A stretch of DNA of 64,000 nt, taken from the IMG/VR virus record IMGVR_UViG_3300038409_000042. One strand, given 5' to 3'. A model generated the notes under the pieces. It saw only the letters and a program-made list of their open reading frames with translations, was not told the DNA's origin and made no database searches. This DNA is from a virus (lineage: Duplodnaviria; Heunggongvirae; Uroviricota; Caudoviricetes). Of this stretch, positions 41,201 through 49,852 are shown piece by piece. Position numbers and translations under genes: made by a program. The stretch's first letter is position 1; the number at the start of each line of letters is the position of its first letter.

Positions 41201-42686
41201 TCTTTATCCCAGCTGGGGGCTTCCTCGGATGCGCCACAAGGATCACATGGATATCATGATTCTGAGCAAACTTCTTGAGCTTGATTAGAAGCTTTCTTAT
41301 CCATTCTGTTTCAAACTCCTGACTACTTGGTCTAACTAATTGGTTGTACGGATCAAGCACTAAGATTCTAGACCCGTATCTCATAATAGCCGCTTCGGCT
41401 CGATCCAGAATGGACTCTATCGTTGCCTCAGCTTCATCACTATCAGCAATGAAGGCAAAGTGTTCTGATATCCACCCTATATATTGACCAATTTCAGATT
41501 CTTTCAAGGCGTTGGGATGCCTTGGATTAAAAAAAGGTCTCTTAGCAATCTTTTCTATTAGTTTAGCTACGTGTATCTCTGGACCGTTTTCTGGAGACCA
41601 AAGTACAGTATGCATTCCGTATTTCTCAGCTAGATTGAGTACGATGTTATCAACAAGCTCGCTCTTGCCATGGTTAGGGTATCCAGTAACAACAGTGAGA
41701 AATCCCATAGGAATGGAATAATGATCATCCAGAGCGCCGAGACCGCTGGAATAGCCTTTAGAGCCTTGCCCACGGAAGATAGATATGACTCTATCTAAGT
41801 AATCAGATGCCTCATAAAGACCATCAACAGGCAATGGAGAAGCCGCATTAACATACTCCTTTAGAGACTCAGCACCGAATTGAACAAGATATTCATTAGC
41901 ATCCTTGATGCCTTCCGGCCATTCACATATCCAGGTCTTGGATTTGCCAATGCGACGGATGAGGTCTTCTCTAAGCTTGTAGCCGGGATCATCGTTATCA
42001 ACAGCAATAATGATCCGCTTAGCATTCTTAAAATGGTGCAGCTCGGGAAGACAGCGCGTACCTGATTGAGCGCCGTCTGGAACCGACACAGAGTTTTCAA
42101 TGCCAGCCTCGACCATGGATAGGCAATCTATTTCGCCCTCAACAAAGATAAGCGTTGGATTGTCTGGATTGATTAGCCAGTCACCGTAAAAAGTAGTTCT
42201 GTTCCCAGAAGAAGACCAATATTTTCCTTCTATCGATCTCATCTTCGAAGAGTAAGGTGTATCATTTTTGAAGTAAGGGAAGGCAATTCCATCAACATCC
42301 TGCTTCAGTTCTCTAGCATAGAATGGACGCGGAAAAAGATGAACTTTCTTCGCGGTCTCTAGAGAGATGCCGCGGGACTCAAGGAATTCTACATGATGAT
42401 CTTGTAGGACAGGGAGATTGTTAATATCAAACACCACGGAAGAAACCTCGCTTGACTGCTTGTTTGGTTTCTTCCAGCGAGGTATCTCCCTGCTGGGCGT
42501 ATCTTTTGTTCGGCCTTTGAGCCCGCAATGATGGCAGTAGTAGAGTACGCTATCATTATCTACAGTCAAAGACAAGGTTAAAGTTTGCTGATGTGACGCA
42601 CGCCTATGCGGCGTGCAGCTCGGACAAATTGTTCTGGATTTACCTTTCACTGATTCGTTTAGCACATATTCTGCTAAATAATCCAT
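40998..42686 (-). CDS. bifunctional primase-helicase (T7 gp4-like)
   Basis: N-terminal zinc ribbon CPSCTPHRR...CHHCGLKG. TOPRIM motifs LIFVEGEIDCLS and IIIAVDNDDPG. Walker A GYPNHGKSELV. Walker B ILVLDPYNQL. 562 aa. Confidence 0.8.
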   Translation of the reverse strand: MDYLAEYVLNESVKGKSRTICPSCTPHRRASHQQTLTLSLTVDNDSVLYYCHHCGLKGRTKDTPSREIPRWKKPNKQSSEVSSVVFDINNLPVLQDHHVEFLESRGISLETAKKVHLFPRPFYARELKQDVDGIAFPYFKNDTPYSSKMRSIEGKYWSSSGNRTTFYGDWLINPDNPTLIFVEGEIDCLSMVEAGIENSVSVPDGAQSGTRCLPELHHFKNAKRIIIAVDNDDPGYKLREDLIRRIGKSKTWICEWPEGIKDANEYLVQFGAESLKEYVNAASPLPVDGLYEASDYLDRVISIFRGQGSKGYSSGLGALDDHYSIPMGFLTVVTGYPNHGKSELVDNIVLNLAEKYGMHTVLWSPENGPEIHVAKLIEKIAKRPFFNPRHPNALKESEIGQYIGWISEHFAFIADSDEAEATIESILDRAEAAIMRYGSRILVLDPYNQLVRPSSQEFETEWIRKLLIKLKKFAQNHDIHVILVAHPRKPPAGIKIAPPMGHDISSSAHWNNVTDFGITVFLSETWQTEVYIWKVRFKWHGKKGMVALEYDTDTGRFRKSDW

Positions 42687-43183
42687 ACGCTCTTTCCCAT
42701 CACGCTTTGGAACGTGATGGGAAGTTACATTATTCTAATCTTTAGAGGAAGTGCCATTGTATGGCAGAGTCCTACCGTTCGAACACAATTCGTATACGTT
42801 CCTAGGCACGTAAAGAGAAAGACACGGTACCTAGCATGCCCCCAAAAGGGCATGCTAAAGTAACTTACTTTCTTAAAAGTAACGCGGCGTCATTGTTAAT
42901 CTTTTGTTCGCCGCCGTAACGTATTACGTATGTAACACAATTCGTTCCTAAAGTCCAATGGAACTTTCGCGAAAACTCCGGTCTAATGTTTTTTCTTTCT
43001 TGGCGAATCATACGTTGCTGACGCGGAGCGTCAGCCCCCTCCCCCAAAACCGGGTCTGGCCCCTCCCCCACGGATTGACAAGCTAGTCCTGACCGCCTAA
43101 TGATCCGGGGTATCCTTAAGGAGGGTCCGTCATGAATGTCTTTTATGGTCTGCTATTCCCGAGTACCAACAAAGGAGTACTGA

Positions 43184-43345
43184 ATGGCAGACGGAGTATC
43201 TGGAAAGAAGAAACGGGGTGAAGCCGGCAAAAAGAATGCTGAATGCTCTCCCTATCGGCTCAATGGCGGCGGCCTCTATCCATTGTATATGCGTCGCATC
43301 CTTGGCCCGGTTCTTTCCGCCTTGATCGGCAAGAAGCCTGATTGA
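43184..43345 (+). CDS. 53-aa basic hypothetical peptide
   Basis: RBS AAAGGAG 6 nt upstream. MADGVSGKKKRGEAGKKNAEC... Below the ORF-track cutoff. Confidence 0.3.
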   Translation: MADGVSGKKKRGEAGKKNAECSPYRLNGGGLYPLYMRRILGPVLSALIGKKPD

Positions 43346-43392
43346 TCGATTGCAGGGGTCTAAAAACCCCTGCAATCACCTGGAGCCCAATA

Positions 43393-43881
43393 ATGAGGTG
43401 GCAAACATATCTTAAGCTCTGCGAAGTGAGAGACTCCAAGATTTGCGACATGATCCGACAGGGCATAGCTTTGCGTGAGATTGGTCCGATTTTTGGCCTC
43501 ACCTATGAGCGGGTCAGACAGATAGGCAAGCAGAACGGCGTCTACAGCGTCTGGCGGGCCAACAAGGTAGTGGAGATGGCTGCCCGGCGCAAGCTTGTAT
43601 TACGTAAAAGAAAAGAACGTCGCCAAAAGGCAATTGATGGACTAAAATTAATCAAGAGTGGCATGTCTATTCGACGGGCGGCTCGCAAGGTGGGGTTGTC
43701 TTCTAGCACTCTTGCGTTTAAGGCTGCTATGGAGGGCATTGAAAGTCAGCATGGCCCCTGGAAAGGAAAAGGATTAGCAGTCAGATGGGAAACGACAGGC
43801 AGTCTAAAGAAACTCTTATCCTCAAAAGGCCGCACGAAGAAAAAGCCGCTTGCATCGAGCGCTATTTCGCTAGTCGAGTGA
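43393..43881 (+). CDS. DNA-binding protein with two HTH motifs
   Basis: RBS GGAG. ICDMIRQGIALREIGPIFGLTYERVRQI and GMSIRRAARKVGLSSSTLAFKA are HTH-like. Start corrected to ATG 43393. Confidence 0.5.
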   Translation: MRWQTYLKLCEVRDSKICDMIRQGIALREIGPIFGLTYERVRQIGKQNGVYSVWRANKVVEMAARRKLVLRKRKERRQKAIDGLKLIKSGMSIRRAARKVGLSSSTLAFKAAMEGIESQHGPWKGKGLAVRWETTGSLKKLLSSKGRTKKKPLASSAISLVE

Positions 43882-44024
43882 GGAAGTTCCTAGCCAAGTC
43901 TCTGGGCGAAGACAATGTTGTCCAAACACATGGACATAGGCTCGTAGTTCAGAATAAGAAGGGAGAGCGGGCAATTATTATTGTGTCCCCAACACAAACA
44001 GCAATGCCCGCAAAGGTGGCTTGA
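43878..44024 (+). CDS. hypothetical small protein (GTG start coupled by GTGA overlap)
   Basis: In frame within track ORF 43785-44024. The GTG overlaps the upstream TGA stop. Confidence 0.3.
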   Translation: MRKFLAKSLGEDNVVQTHGHRLVVQNKKGERAIIIVSPTQTAMPAKVA

Positions 44025-44230
44025 TCCATATTCTCTACATCTTTCTGGCCTACTCTCTAATCGAGTTGGAGAGCTGGTTAGCCATCAAGAAATACGGTGA
44101 CGGTAGCTGGGAAATGTTCTTGGCTACCGCTCCACCTCATATTATAAATTACGTATATAATCTAAGCATTCTGCAAACGCTTATCTTCGCAGGGCTCCTT
44201 ACTGGCGCATTCTTTCCTTATCAGGGATAG
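44021..44230 (+). CDS. small membrane protein (TTG start)
   Basis: Two hydrophobic helices (ILYIFLAYSLI and LIFAGLLTGAFF). TTG start overlaps the upstream stop. Confidence 0.35.
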   Translation: MIHILYIFLAYSLIELESWLAIKKYGDGSWEMFLATAPPHIINYVYNLSILQTLIFAGLLTGAFFPYQG

Positions 44231-44507
44231 GCGGAAGAGGCCATAGTTCCGTGATAGCCTCACGTAGAATGAGTCCATACCGGAGTCTCTCATCCCGATC
44301 TGACCGCATCAGATAGGTCACACGATCGACCATTGCCTCGTAGCTCACGAAGGCTAGATCACATATTTGTTCGAAGTGATCCGTATCAACAAAGAACGAC
44401 ACAGCCTCTCTATGCGGACACATTGTCCCCGGTCTGGCGTTCTTTCTTGGCCTGTAACTTAGGTCGCCGATCATTCGGCATAGGAAAGCCTTCCACAGAC
44501 GAGACAT
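44199..44507 (-). CDS. hypothetical protein (start uncertain; track ORF runs to 44552 and overlaps RusA)
   Basis: 117-aa track ORF. Internal Met starts at 44507, 44474 and 44423. Confidence 0.3.
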   Translation of the reverse strand: MSRLWKAFLCRMIGDLSYRPRKNARPGTMCPHREAVSFFVDTDHFEQICDLAFVSYEAMVDRVTYLMRSDRDERLRYGLILREAITELWPLPPIPDKERMRQ

Positions 44508-44889
44508 TGATTGCGCATCTTGGGCTAGGTGATGAAAGCCCTCTAACGACATTTTTCCAAACTACCTGTCTATCATTAACATATATTAATCCCTGCATAG
44601 CGTCGAGTATAAGGCTCTCATCTAAATCTGGCCTCCACGACGCATATCGAATAACGATATCAACCTTAACAGCTCCTGTAAGGAGCGGGTTAATAACAGG
44701 ACAATTCTGCCTAAAATTCGCCAAATAACTAAGAGCCTTCTGGCTTTTCACGTTGAATATACGTCCGGCTCTCATTGAGATAATTCTTGAGTTCGCTTTA
44801 GAAGCCGGCTCCCCATCTATCACGAAAGAGATAACTGACTTGACCTTTAGGCTTTCGAACGATATACCGTTAAGGATATCGTCATACAT
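44410..44889 (-). CDS. rusA: RusA-like Holliday junction resolvase (C-terminus uncertain)
   Basis: FVIDGEPASKANSR and DLDESLILDAMQGLIYVNDRQVV match the RusA pattern (DiDNllKavlDaLtgvvyvDDsQiv). The last ~45 aa are low-complexity and overlap the downstream ORF. Confidence 0.55.
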   Translation of the reverse strand: MYDDILNGISFESLKVKSVISFVIDGEPASKANSRIISMRAGRIFNVKSQKALSYLANFRQNCPVINPLLTGAVKVDIVIRYASWRPDLDESLILDAMQGLIYVNDRQVVWKNVVRGLSSPSPRCAINVSSVEGFPMPNDRRPKLQAKKERQTGDNVSA

Positions 44890-44983
44890 ACTGGCAGATT
44901 ACGGAAATTTATGGGAGAAGTAAAGGGAAAACCCGGATTAGCTCCCATTACGGAAATGTGAGAGGAGGGTCTTGACAACCAAA

Positions 44984-45175
44984 ATGCCGGATATATCTAT
45001 GTGTCTACGAAAGGAATGCGATGTAAAAGAAATCTGCTACAGAAACCCGGCCTCAGGAACCGTACCGTCCCGGCGGCAATCCTGGATCAGGCCCTTGAAA
45101 CCGGGACGTGGATGCGAATATTTCTGGGACACTATTCCCAGATTTCAACCTGAAAAGGCAAAGGAAAATGACTAA
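44984..45175 (+). CDS. small Cys-rich hypothetical protein
   Basis: 63 aa (ATG 44984) with CLRKECDVKEICY ... CEYF. Confidence 0.35.
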   Translation: MPDISMCLRKECDVKEICYRNPASGTVPSRRQSWIRPLKPGRGCEYFWDTIPRFQPEKAKEND

Positions 45176-45527
45176 CGAAACCCCCGAATACAAACTGGAA
45201 ATGGGTATTCCGGTTCCGCAACGCAGTCACGGAGTAGGGATTAAGAGCCCGATCCGTTTAGCGCTCGAAAAGCTACACGCCGCTCCAGCGGAGACCTCAA
45301 TCTTTTTTGAGGGCGTGAAGTCGGTCACGGTCTCTGGCATAGCGACTTCTCTCGGCTCTGGCTGGTACACAACGCGCTCTGTTCGCGAAAATGGCCGCAA
45401 TGGCATCCGCGTGTGGCGTAGGGCCACAGAGCCTAAGGAAGAGGCCGCTAACGAGCCTACGCCAAGGGGAAAGAATAAGGGCATAATTACGAGGAACCGC
45501 CAAACTCCGGCAGGAGTTGCCGCGTAA
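45168..45527 (+). CDS. hypothetical protein
   Basis: RBS AAAGGAAA. ATG 45168 (MTNETPEYK). 119 aa. Confidence 0.5.
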   Translation: MTNETPEYKLEMGIPVPQRSHGVGIKSPIRLALEKLHAAPAETSIFFEGVKSVTVSGIATSLGSGWYTTRSVRENGRNGIRVWRRATEPKEEAANEPTPRGKNKGIITRNRQTPAGVAA

Positions 45528-45596
45528 TTTAAGTCTTGACATTGCTGACCAATGGGATCACCCGGTATCTATTATAAGAACCGGGTGATTGCCATT

Positions 45597-46007
45597 ATGA
45601 CATTTGATGTAGAAATTGTTGAGGTTGATGAACTTTATTTAATCAACGTCGGCCTCGACGTGGCGGCGAAAGTCTTTAACTTGTCGGTCAATGACCTTCT
45701 TGGACCGGGTCGTAATCAAGCCCTGTCCAGACCACGTCAGATGGTGTGGAAGATAGCTCGTGATAATTCAGAGCTGACTTTCGCACGTATTGCTTCGAAG
45801 TTCGGCCGAAAGGCTTCGAATGTGATTTTAGGTATCCGTTCTCTCGACAAGAAAATGAGAGATAATAAGGACACCTACTGGTCGTACCAAACTTTCGGAG
45901 AAGAAGTTGCTAAGAGGCTGATCGATGATCAACATAGAGGAACTGAACCTTCCCCCGAAGAGTCTGCCGAAACGGCTATGGAATCTTGCGCAGGCACAGG
46001 AGGATAA
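45597..46007 (+). CDS. DnaA C-terminal (domain IV)-like DNA-binding protein
   Basis: NDLLGPGRNQALSRPRQMVWKIARDNSELTFARIASKFGRKASNVILGIRSLDKKM resembles Bac_DnaA_C. Start after hairpin CACCCGGT...ACCGGGTG. Confidence 0.5.
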   Translation: MTFDVEIVEVDELYLINVGLDVAAKVFNLSVNDLLGPGRNQALSRPRQMVWKIARDNSELTFARIASKFGRKASNVILGIRSLDKKMRDNKDTYWSYQTFGEEVAKRLIDDQHRGTEPSPEESAETAMESCAGTGG

Positions 46008-46437
46008 AGAAAGCGATTTGTACCGAGCGCTTATAGAGGCGGCCTCGTCTCTAGAAGCTACTGACAAGCAGCTATTTGGTTACAAACTACGTGACCAACA
46101 GCAACGCGGTCTGATCTATGGTCTTCGTCATGAATGGCATATTGTTGCCCTTCAAGCTAGATCAGAGGTTCAAGTCCTTAAGCAGCGGATCGAACTGAAT
46201 CATGCCAGTAAGGCTCTGGTTCGTAAATCCAAGCGTATCAAGAATCTTCGTGACGACCTGGAGATTGCTGGCGTAGTTATCAAGCACTATGCCGACAAGG
46301 ACAAGGGTCTAGGCGCTAATGAGAGCCCGGCCGTCGCCTTCATTGAATTGAAGATGGCAAAGCGGCCCCAGGAGCCCGAAGCCCCTCCCCAGCCCGACCC
46401 GAGCGAGGCTCGGGTACTGGAAATCAAAAGAGACTGA
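45925..46437 (+). CDS. hypothetical coiled-coil protein
   Basis: 170-aa ORF overlapping the upstream gene by 83 nt. Pro-rich C-terminus. Confidence 0.4.
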   Translation: MINIEELNLPPKSLPKRLWNLAQAQEDKESDLYRALIEAASSLEATDKQLFGYKLRDQQQRGLIYGLRHEWHIVALQARSEVQVLKQRIELNHASKALVRKSKRIKNLRDDLEIAGVVIKHYADKDKGLGANESPAVAFIELKMAKRPQEPEAPPQPDPSEARVLEIKRD

Positions 46438-46515
46438 AAACAGAGTGGGGCGGGGGCTTGTCCCCCGCTTCCTCAATGTAAAACCTTAAAGAAAATTAAT
46501 AACTAGGGTTTTACA

Positions 46516-47016
46516 ATGACGACAGTGGCAATAAAGGGCCGCACAATAGCGGCCGATCGCCGGGTAACATGCGCTGGTATCGTGTGTTTCGAGACTGCTA
46601 AGGTCTCCAAGCTCACGGTCAGGAACAAGACGATCCTATTTGGCGGCGCTGGTCCGGTAGGCTGTATCGGAAAATTCAAGCAGTGGGCGCTCAGCAACTT
46701 GTTGCGGGCCGACTGGATCAAGCGCACGCCTCCGTCTGATCTAGACACCCTGGAAATCGGTCTTCTCAGGGAAGAGGGCATTTTCTATTATCAATCTGGC
46801 GGATGGGTTGAGATTAATGAGCCGCAATTGGCTCTTGGATCAGGTTACATGGCAGTAAATGTTGCTTTCTATTATGGGAAGAGCGCACCAGAAGCCGTGG
46901 CTGTAGCGTCTCAGTTTGACACATACACTGGCTCTCAAATAGATATCCTATCCCTCGATGGTCCTGGTCGCTCTCTGCCAGCTTCGGAGATATTAAGGCA
47001 TGCGAATTACCAATAA
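46516..47016 (+). CDS. HslV/proteasome beta-like Ntn-hydrolase peptidase
   Basis: N-terminus M-TTVAIKGRTIAADRRVT resembles HslV [21 protein letters not shown] (Thr1 nucleophile). LFGGAGPVGCIGKF resembles VIAGFAGGTADAF. LALGSGYMAV resembles IAIGSGGPYA. Confidence 0.6.
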   Translation: MTTVAIKGRTIAADRRVTCAGIVCFETAKVSKLTVRNKTILFGGAGPVGCIGKFKQWALSNLLRADWIKRTPPSDLDTLEIGLLREEGIFYYQSGGWVEINEPQLALGSGYMAVNVAFYYGKSAPEAVAVASQFDTYTGSQIDILSLDGPGRSLPASEILRHANYQ

Positions 47017-47953
47017 ATATAATCTGCCGGAACCTATTATCGAAGCAGTTAAGAATGATCCTTATTCAAAAGGAAAGGCAGATTTCTCTATTACAGAACT
47101 GATTGATAGCCCTAGGATCGCAGCGCTCAAAGCAAGGCACGATCATGAAATCGAAAAAGATGCTTCAGAACTTATCTGGCCCCTCCTTGGTAGGGCTGTG
47201 CATTCCCTATTGGAGCAGCATGGGAGAAAATTGGGAGGATTATCTGCTAAATCGGGATTATTTGCTGAACAGCGTATATATACGTCGATCAACGGATGGA
47301 CCATATCTGGCGCTCTCGACTTACAAAGGCGAGCGAACAACAGATGCAAGATCATTGATTATAAGTTCACTACGGCTAAGGCTGCTTTGGTTCCGAAGTT
47401 AGAGTGGGAACAGCAACAAAATCTATATGCGACTCTTGTTGAGAGTGAATATGGATTTGGCAATGATAGTCCCCTTGCGACCAAGGTCGATGAGCTGGAG
47501 ATCATCGCCATCATTCGAGACTGGAGTAAGGAGAAGATTAATTCTTCTTACGATTATCCAGCGGCACCGATCTTTCCGGTGTCTATTCCGCTTTGGAAGC
47601 CATTGGATCGCTATAACCTACTCGTGGAGCGATTACATCACCATATTGAAAGAAAGATATCGGAAAGTTTCGATAAGGAGCTTCCGCTGTGTTCCCCGGA
47701 AGAGAGGTGGATGAGGAATGAGGCATGGGCTCTCATGAAGAAGGGCAATAGAAAGGCTACAAAGATATTCTACAAAGAGATAGACGCAGAAAATGCGCTT
47801 AAGTCGTGCAGATTGGAGGATTATTATCTTGACTATCGCCCCCCAATCCCACTTAGATGCATGTCTTACTGCGATGTAGCAGATTTTTGCGAGCAATGGA
47901 AATCAGAACAAAAATCCGCAATGAAAGCCAGCTCGGAGCCAGACGATGATTAA
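47000..47953 (+). CDS. PD-(D/E)xK-family nuclease with C-terminal Cys cluster (Cas4/RecB-like exonuclease)
   Basis: ITELIDSPR, GRAVHSL, and ALD...CKIIDYKF ((D/E)xK). C-terminal C-x16-C-x3-C-x5-C (CRLEDYYLDYRPPIPLRCMSYCDVADFC). Confidence 0.55.
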   Translation: MRITNKYNLPEPIIEAVKNDPYSKGKADFSITELIDSPRIAALKARHDHEIEKDASELIWPLLGRAVHSLLEQHGRKLGGLSAKSGLFAEQRIYTSINGWTISGALDLQRRANNRCKIIDYKFTTAKAALVPKLEWEQQQNLYATLVESEYGFGNDSPLATKVDELEIIAIIRDWSKEKINSSYDYPAAPIFPVSIPLWKPLDRYNLLVERLHHHIERKISESFDKELPLCSPEERWMRNEAWALMKKGNRKATKIFYKEIDAENALKSCRLEDYYLDYRPPIPLRCMSYCDVADFCEQWKSEQKSAMKASSEPDDD

Positions 47954-47956
47954 AAT

Positions 47957-48631
47957 ATGCGAGATATCAAGAAGGCGGTTATAGAGGCCGCTACAGCCGC
48001 GATTAAATTAACTAAGACTGATGAAAATCAGAACGATGGGTACAGGTTCGTACCTATCGATGCTTTCTACGAAAAGATTGCCCCAGAACTCCTCAAGAGA
48101 GGTGTCTTCTGGACGGTTACAGAAGAGTCAGTAACTGAGTATTCTGACTCAGTAGGTTGGCGTCTCCGATTTGATCTTTTCTATGTTGCTGAAGAAGTAG
48201 AAGAGGAATGGGCGGGCGTCTGCCGCTGCACTATCTTCCATCCAATTGATGGTCCCCAAGCTACTGGCAAGGTTTTCTCCTACGGCGAGAAGGTTTTCAT
48301 GCGATCCCTTCTCAAGCTCGTTACTGGAGAACCTGACGCGGATGTAACGTCATCCAAATCTATAAAGCCGAGAGCGTTGTCGGCCAGACGATCGCCACAA
48401 AATAGCCATTCAAATGGCGTTATACCTGAGGCGATGACGCCACAAGCGGCACTTCTTGCCGCAAGTGCGATCGCAGAAGGGCTTAAGAAGGCCGTCTCTC
48501 TTGATGAGATGAAGGGAATCTTCACGGAAAACAGAGCCTTCATAGAAATGGAGAAGGGGAAGGGCAGCAAAGCATACAATGCTGTCCTTGAGGAATGGAA
48601 TAACAGTTATAAGAGGGTGACAAATGGCTAA
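47957..48631 (+). CDS. ERF-family single-strand annealing protein (putative)
   Basis: KAVIEAATAAIKLTKTDENQNDGYRFVPIDAFYEKIAPELLKRGV resembles the ERF N-terminal pattern. Follows a nuclease gene. Confidence 0.45.
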   Translation: MRDIKKAVIEAATAAIKLTKTDENQNDGYRFVPIDAFYEKIAPELLKRGVFWTVTEESVTEYSDSVGWRLRFDLFYVAEEVEEEWAGVCRCTIFHPIDGPQATGKVFSYGEKVFMRSLLKLVTGEPDADVTSSKSIKPRALSARRSPQNSHSNGVIPEAMTPQAALLAASAIAEGLKKAVSLDEMKGIFTENRAFIEMEKGKGSKAYNAVLEEWNNSYKRVTNG

Positions 48632-48962
48632 CCAACAGCAAAATGGCGAGAGAGTTAACGGCGTAGCGAGGCCAATGAGTAATAAGGGCGGACCTGATTT
48701 CTTAGGTACGGTTGCCCTATCAACTGAATTCGTGGCCGATCTAGCCAAGCGAATAAAATCAGGACAGGGTTCTGCGATTAGAATTGCTATGTGGAAGAAG
48801 TCCAATCAGTATGGACCTTTCATCTCACTTGCGCTCGAAACGTCTGATCCTTATGTACCAAAGCAGCGCGGCGGAAGTGGCTATGGCGGTGGTGGGGGAA
48901 AGCCCCAAAACCAAAATCAGTCAGGATCATTCCCATGGGATGAGAATGATACGCCCTTCTAG
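48624..48962 (+). CDS. SSB-like protein with Gly-rich linker and acidic C-terminal tip
   Basis: C-terminus GGSGYGGGGGKPQNQNQSGSFPWDENDTPF resembles the SSB tail motif (D-D-D-I-P-F). Confidence 0.45.
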   Translation: MANQQQNGERVNGVARPMSNKGGPDFLGTVALSTEFVADLAKRIKSGQGSAIRIAMWKKSNQYGPFISLALETSDPYVPKQRGGSGYGGGGGKPQNQNQSGSFPWDENDTPF

Positions 48963-48974
48963 GAAGGAAATATT

Positions 48975-49229
48975 ATGAGAACCGAAATTAGGATACAGAA
49001 TAGACTCAATCGAAAGGTAATCTCAGCTCTTGAAGAAGAGATTAGGCCATTCGGCGGAGTAATCCTAATGGTTACTCAGAGGAAGCATACAAAAGCCAAG
49101 GTTCAACTAGGAGACCAGACTAGAATGCTAGTCTGGTCTTCTTCGCCAAATGTGGACGACGAATGCATAGTGAACGCGATACGACGAGAGACACGTCGAC
49201 ATCTGAAAAGCTTGGGGTATCTCCAGTGA
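48975..49229 (+). CDS. hypothetical protein
   Basis: RBS GGAAGGAAA. 84 aa. Confidence 0.45.
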   Translation: MRTEIRIQNRLNRKVISALEEEIRPFGGVILMVTQRKHTKAKVQLGDQTRMLVWSSSPNVDDECIVNAIRRETRRHLKSLGYLQ

Positions 49230-49450
49230 TTGTCGTCAATGCAGAAGACTTCAAGACTCCATTTAGGATTACCGTAGAGTCGGCCTTAAATTATCTCTGG
49301 GATAAAGCTCAGATAGATGGGGTAAATAACGAGCATGGTGAAGAGTTAGTTAGGATCATGGTGAAAACCTATCTTGGCGAACTCTATACTCGCGGCTATC
49401 GTCTTTATAGCCAGGAAGAATTAAAGAATGGCCTCTTCCTTCAACTTTGA
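49226..49450 (+). CDS. hypothetical protein (GTG start with GTGA coupling)
   Basis: In frame within track ORF 49163-49450. Confidence 0.4.
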   Translation: MIVVNAEDFKTPFRITVESALNYLWDKAQIDGVNNEHGEELVRIMVKTYLGELYTRGYRLYSQEELKNGLFLQL

Positions 49451-49847
49451 ATGTCTCAAAGCAGGGTTCTCCCAAACAGCCAAAGGCTATGTCCTTAGGC
49501 TGTTAATTCATCCTGACGAAATTCCAAATGAGATCGTTAAGGCCCCGAACGGGCAGCGCTATATGGTTGCGCTTGTTCCGATGGCCGATGAGATAGAATC
49601 GGTCGTGGGCGTAGAGTCTCAGAATGCTCTTGTTCAAGCTGGAATTCTCTGTCGTGATCCGGCTTTCCAGAGCTGGCTTATTAACAAGATGAAGGGAGAC
49701 AGGGCAATCAATGAAAAGAATGCCGTTGAGTATCTTCATCAGGCGCTCGGGATAACGTCAAGATCGCAGATAAGAGATGATAGCGCAGTGAGGAAGAGAT
49801 TTATGGCTATTGTCAGGTTATATGATCACCATTTGAATAAGGAATGA
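49428..49847 (+). CDS. hypothetical protein
   Basis: 139-aa ORF. Confidence 0.45.
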   Translation: MASSFNFECLKAGFSQTAKGYVLRLLIHPDEIPNEIVKAPNGQRYMVALVPMADEIESVVGVESQNALVQAGILCRDPAFQSWLINKMKGDRAINEKNAVEYLHQALGITSRSQIRDDSAVRKRFMAIVRLYDHHLNKE

Positions 49848-49852
49848 TGTTC

